Part shown: one piece after another, positions 60,141 to 64,000 of the stretch
Layout of the letters: each line of letters opens with the position of its first letter
How positions within the stretch are numbered: position 1 is the first letter of the stretch
Assembly (NCBI GenBank): GCA_017881905.1
Contig: JADGQI010000172.1
Coordinates: 6,841 to 70,840 of the forward strand
Direction of reading: 5' to 3'
Origin: Chloroflexota bacterium
Lineage (GTDB): Bacteria > Chloroflexota > Limnocylindria > Limnocylindrales > CSP1-4
Length of the DNA stretch: 64,000 nt
Notes under the pieces: generated by a model
What the model was told of the DNA's origin: nothing
Seen by the model: only the letters and a program-made list of their open reading frames with translations
Database searches by the model: none
Program-made: the position numbers and the translations under genes

Positions 60141-61021
60141 CCGGGCCGGTCGGGGGGCGGCTGTACGTCGTCGCGACGCCGATCGGCAACCTGGACGACA
60201 TCACGCTGCGGGCGATCGCAACGCTCAAGGCGGTCCCGCTCATCGCCGCCGAGGACACCCGGATGAGCCGTCGCCTGCTCGTCCGGCACGCGATCGCGAC
60301 ACGGATGGTCAGCTTCCACGCCCGCAACGCGGAGCGGCGGGTGCCCGAGCTCCTCGAGCACCTGCGGACGGGCGCTGATCTTGCCCTGGTGACCGACGCC
60401 GGGACGCCCGGCGTGAGCGATCCGGGCGAGGCGCTGGTCCGCGCCTGGGCGGCCGAGGGCGGGGTCGTCGTGCCGATCCCGGGCGCCTCGGCGGTCCTCG
60501 CCGCGCTCGTCGCGTCGGGCGTGGGCGGTCCCCGCTGGGCCTTCGAGGGCTTCCTGCCGCGGAGCGGCCGGACGCGCCGCGAGCGGCTTGCGCGCATCGC
60601 CGCCGACGAGCGCGGATGCGTGGTCTACGAGGCTCCGGGCCGGGTCGCCGCGACGCTCGAGGACCTGGCTTCTGCCTGCGGTCCGGAACGGCCGGCCGCC
60701 GTCTGTCGGGAGCTCACCAAGATCCACGAGGAGGTCGTCCGCGGAACCCTGGGAGCGCTTGCCGCGAGCGCACGGGACGGCGGATTGACGATCAGGGGGG
60801 AATTCGCGCTGGTGATCGGGGAGTGGCGCGGGGCTGGCGTCGCCGACGGACCGGCGGCCCGACACGAAGGATCGGCCGAGGATCGCGAGGCGCTCGCTCG
60901 AGCGGCGGTCGAACGCCTCGTCTCCGAGGGGATCGCCCGCGGCGACGCGGCTCGGCGCATCGCCAGCGAAACGGGGATCCCGCGCCGTCGCCTGTACGGC
61001 GCCCCGCCGACCGAGGGCTGA
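60137..61021 (+). CDS. rsmI: 16S rRNA C1402 2'-O-methyltransferase
   Basis: LYVVATPIGNLDDIT, AEDTR, DAGTPGVSDPG, FEGFLP and RELTKIHEE motifs. Confidence 0.96.
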   Translation: MTGPVGGRLYVVATPIGNLDDITLRAIATLKAVPLIAAEDTRMSRRLLVRHAIATRMVSFHARNAERRVPELLEHLRTGADLALVTDAGTPGVSDPGEALVRAWAAEGGVVVPIPGASAVLAALVASGVGGPRWAFEGFLPRSGRTRRERLARIAADERGCVVYEAPGRVAATLEDLASACGPERPAAVCRELTKIHEEVVRGTLGALAASARDGGLTIRGEFALVIGEWRGAGVADGPAARHEGSAEDREALARAAVERLVSEGIARGDAARRIASETGIPRRRLYGAPPTEG

Positions 61022-61035
61022 GATCGTGCTCGACC

Positions 61036-61950
61036 CTACGATCGCGCGAGCGCCTGCATCGATGCGCCGCTCCAGCGGACGACGTCGCTGAGCTTCGGGC
61101 GGACGTAGTAGAGCAGCCCGACGAGCATGGCCGGTGTCTGGAGATAGAGCCGCGGTGTGGCGATCGTGACCGCCAGGACCACGGTCCACGGTCGGTCGGT
61201 CAGCGCGCCCCAGATCACGAGCGCCGCCGCGGCGATGAGCCGCGCCCAGAGCGGCACGCCGTCGCTCGGCGTCAACGTCCGCAGGAAGGCGACCCAGTCG
61301 AACCATGTCGCCGGTGCCACGACGAAGGAGACGGTCGCGATCGCCGCCGTCACGCCCAGGGCGATGCCGAGCTGGCGCCACTCGCGCCGCGCAGCGAACC
61401 ACAGCAGCCCGACCCCGGGTGTCACCTTGGTCAGGAGCACGAACGACCAGAGTGCCGGCCAGCGCAGGCCCCACACGGCGACTGCGACGATCAGCAGATT
61501 GACGTTCGCCGCGTTGATCTCGGACGCGAGCGGCGACCAGAACACGACCAGCGGCAGGAGCGGACCGGTGAGCGCGAACAGGGCGAGCACCTCGAGGCCC
61601 CGCAGGAGCGCCACGAACTGGTCGAACGAGAGGAGCTGGAACGGGATCATCGCCTGGGCGGCCGCCGGCGAATAGATGAACTGGTAGCCGGTCGTCCAGT
61701 ACGGCCTGGCAGGATCGATGAAGAAGTAGCAGCGCGCGTCGACCGGGGTCCCGGTCATCGCGGTGAAGGTGGCCCAGACCGTGAGCGCGACGCCGCCGGC
61801 CAGGCCGACGAGCGCGATGCGGCCGGCCCGGGCGAAGAGCGCGAGGGCCGCGCCCAGGTCTGCAGCCGAGCCGCGGCTCCGCATCGCCGGTCGGACGGTC
61901 CCGATCCGACGGCGGATCCTCGATGAGCGTTCTGCGGGCAGTGTCGCCAT
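61036..61950 (-). CDS. Polytopic membrane protein, GT-C/GT87 (DUF2029)-like glycosyltransferase
   Basis: D...Y after TM1, FIYSP, N...L and KVTPG..LLWF..RREW motifs with many TM helices. Start uncertain. Confidence 0.72.
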   Translation of the reverse strand: MATLPAERSSRIRRRIGTVRPAMRSRGSAADLGAALALFARAGRIALVGLAGGVALTVWATFTAMTGTPVDARCYFFIDPARPYWTTGYQFIYSPAAAQAMIPFQLLSFDQFVALLRGLEVLALFALTGPLLPLVVFWSPLASEINAANVNLLIVAVAVWGLRWPALWSFVLLTKVTPGVGLLWFAARREWRQLGIALGVTAAIATVSFVVAPATWFDWVAFLRTLTPSDGVPLWARLIAAAALVIWGALTDRPWTVVLAVTIATPRLYLQTPAMLVGLLYYVRPKLSDVVRWSGASMQALARS

Positions 61951-62149
61951 GGCCCCCCGACCCGACATTCGAAAGCCGACTCTGCCAGAAGTACCGGTCG
62001 GGGGATAGGCCTGAAGTACTGGTTCCGGTGCGACCCCGCACCGACGCAGCCTGAGGTGCGAGTCCGGCGCGGTAGGCACCGGCGGACGGCGGACCGAGAG
62101 GAGCGCATGATTGGCGCGACGCCGTATCGGCGACGTATTTGAGGCGGCG

Positions 62150-62689
62150 ATGCGCTGGCTGATCGCCTCGACGATTGCACTCCTCGTGGGCTGCGGTGGA
62201 GTGCCGGCTCCGGTGCCCCAGGGGACGACCGCTGCGGCGGTCACGAGCGTGGCCACCAGTCCGACTCCGACGCCGTCCCCGGAGACGGCTGACGATCGTG
62301 CCGTGGTCGCCGCCTATGGCGCGGCGGAGACGACGTACCTGACGACCTTCCGAACCCTGGGCGCGACGAGACCTCCGAGCACGGGCATCGACGCGAGAAA
62401 GGCCTACTACGCGGCTGCGGCCAGGATCGAGGATTCCTACATCACGGCGCTGTCCGGGGTGAAGGCCATCCTGGGTCCGGACCGACGGACCGCCTCCGGG
62501 CGTCTGGTGGCCGCCGATGTCCAGGCACTCATCGACATCCACGAGGGGATCCGGCGCCTCTACATCGAATGGGCGGACCCGCGACATCAGTCGGACATCC
62601 TCGCCGAGGACGAGGCCATCTCGGCCGCGCTCGACACCGAGGGCCAGGCTTCCATGCAGGTCCGGTCTGACCTCGGACTTCAGCAGTGA
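62150..62689 (+). CDS. Hypothetical lipoprotein
   Basis: Signal MRWLIASTIALLVGC, Pro/Thr linker, then a helical domain. GAGG RBS. Confidence 0.78.
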   Translation: MRWLIASTIALLVGCGGVPAPVPQGTTAAAVTSVATSPTPTPSPETADDRAVVAAYGAAETTYLTTFRTLGATRPPSTGIDARKAYYAAAARIEDSYITALSGVKAILGPDRRTASGRLVAADVQALIDIHEGIRRLYIEWADPRHQSDILAEDEAISAALDTEGQASMQVRSDLGLQQ

Positions 62690-62777
62690 GAACGAGCGAA
62701 GGTCGGCGATCGACCTGTGTCGCTCCGGCTCGGCTGGTCGCCTGAAGTGACCCGGCTCGCCCACCTCTAGGCTCAGG

Positions 62778-64000
62778 TCAGTGGCAGGCGAAGGTCCCGG
62801 AGACGTCCGCGCCGCTGATGGCATCCTTGCCCGAGAACGTGCCCGACCCGTCGGTGTAGAGGGTCCCCTGCGGGTTCTGGGTGACCTTCCAGACGACATT
62901 CCGGATGGAGCCGGACAGGCTGGACACGGTCCCGTCGGACCGGAACACGACGGCGACCGTATCACCGTCGACCAAGGGCATGAGGACGCTCAGTCCGCCG
63001 TCGCCGAGGGCCCTGCAGGTGACGGGCGACCCGAGTGCACCACCCCCTGCCACGCTGACCGCGATCGTGCCCGGCTCGGAGCCGGCCGCTAGCGGGCCGG
63101 GCGACTCGCTCGCGACGGGCGTCTCGCTCGCAGTCGGGGCCTCCGTTACGGGAAACACCGGCTGCCAGGTGACCTCGGACGCCGACCACTCCAGGTTGAG
63201 CCCGTCGCGCGAGTGAACGACCACCGGCGATCCAGGCGTCACCGCGACCGAGAACACGCCGTCGCCCGAACCCCCGAGCAGGCGCCTGCCGTCCGGTGAC
63301 CACTGCAATCCATCCAGTCCGACGTCGGAGCTGATCGGCAGCTGAACCTCATTGGCGCCGTCGGTATCCATGACCATCAGGTGTGGCGGGTCCTGGGCAC
63401 AGCTTCCATCGCTGGCGCAGCGTGTCCGGTGCTGGACGATTGCCAGCCGGGTGCCGTCGGGAGAGACCGGGCTGTCGCTGAACCAGAGCTGGGGATCGTG
63501 GGGCGTGAGCTGGATATCGCCGTTCCCGTCGGCGTCCACCACGTGGACCGCCTGTCCATCGCCGCCCGTGTCGGTCGTGACGTAGACGATCCGCTCGTCG
63601 CCGGCCGTCCAGCCCAGCCACCGAGGAGTGGCGCCCTCCACTCGGATCAAGGCGGATGCCCCGTCCGTCACGCGTACAATCCGGATCTGGCCAGGCTCGG
63701 CGACGGCGATATGGGACCCGTCACGGGACCACTCGAGCTCCCTCTGGCCAAACCCGGACTCCGGGGTCACCGGGACCGTCGTCGTGGCTCCGGATGGCAC
63801 GTCGGTGATCCACAGCTCGGACCCGACACGGAAGGCCAGCTGCCCACCTGACGGGGACCACTCGGGGCAGACGATCGGCCCGCTGCCGGGAACCGTCACC
63901 CGCATCTGCGGCGGCGACGCGTTCCCGCGATCGTCCAGTCCGACCACCACCACGGCTCGATCGGTGACCGGCCACACGCCTCGGAAGGTGGTGACAGGAT
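62778..64000 (-). CDS. TolB-like beta-propeller protein, C-terminal part (start beyond the window)
   Basis: Repeated WSPSG/WSRDG/SPDG/WSPDG blades, then a Pro/Thr linker and a small C-terminal beta domain. Confidence 0.82.
   Translation of the reverse strand, partial: PVTTFRGVWPVTDRAVVVVGLDDRGNASPPQMRVTVPGSGPIVCPEWSPSGGQLAFRVGSELWITDVPSGATTTVPVTPESGFGQRELEWSRDGSHIAVAEPGQIRIVRVTDGASALIRVEGATPRWLGWTAGDERIVYVTTDTGGDGQAVHVVDADGNGDIQLTPHDPQLWFSDSPVSPDGTRLAIVQHRTRCASDGSCAQDPPHLMVMDTDGANEVQLPISSDVGLDGLQWSPDGRRLLGGSGDGVFSVAVTPGSPVVVHSRDGLNLEWSASEVTWQPVFPVTEAPTASETPVASESPGPLAAGSEPGTIAVSVAGGGALGSPVTCRALGDGGLSVLMPLVDGDTVAVVFRSDGTVSSLSGSIRNVVWKVTQNPQGTLYTDGSGTFSGKDAISGADVSGTFACH

Noticed and set aside
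62111..62149. ECF target promoter before the lipoprotein gene (two CGTA)
   Set aside because: No AAC -35 element at the proper spacing.

Overview
High-GC bacterial chromosomal segment made mostly of housekeeping genes, with no mobile element, CRISPR array or rRNA seen. Gene content and the Ala/Pro/Ser-linker lipoproteins suggest Chloroflexota (possibly Limnocylindria-like), but this is an untested inference. In order: 5' end of parA with upstream DnaA boxes; a propionyl-CoA carboxylase/methylmalonyl-CoA mutase/epimerase cluster; sucCD; an actinobacterial Sdh1-type succinate dehydrogenase; RNase HI; RNase P RNA; a LysM membrane protein; a dcw cluster (mraZ to ftsZ, lacking murE and murC, with an extra small gene between rsmH and ftsL); tRNA-Val(CAC); aconitase; the glycine cleavage operon; an ECF sigma/anti-sigma pair; two complete tandem Opp/Dpp ABC systems; a split glutamine-dependent NAD synthetase; rsmI; and three envelope genes. 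No clearly new multi-gene system is evident. The best leads are non-coding or translational: a ~170-nt structured leader with a switchable anti-RBS upstream of the Opp cluster, leaderless micro-ORFs coupled to downstream genes, two genes that seem to need non-canonical start codons, an RNase P RNA without P13/P14, and an SRP-like RNA motif upstream of a permease gene.
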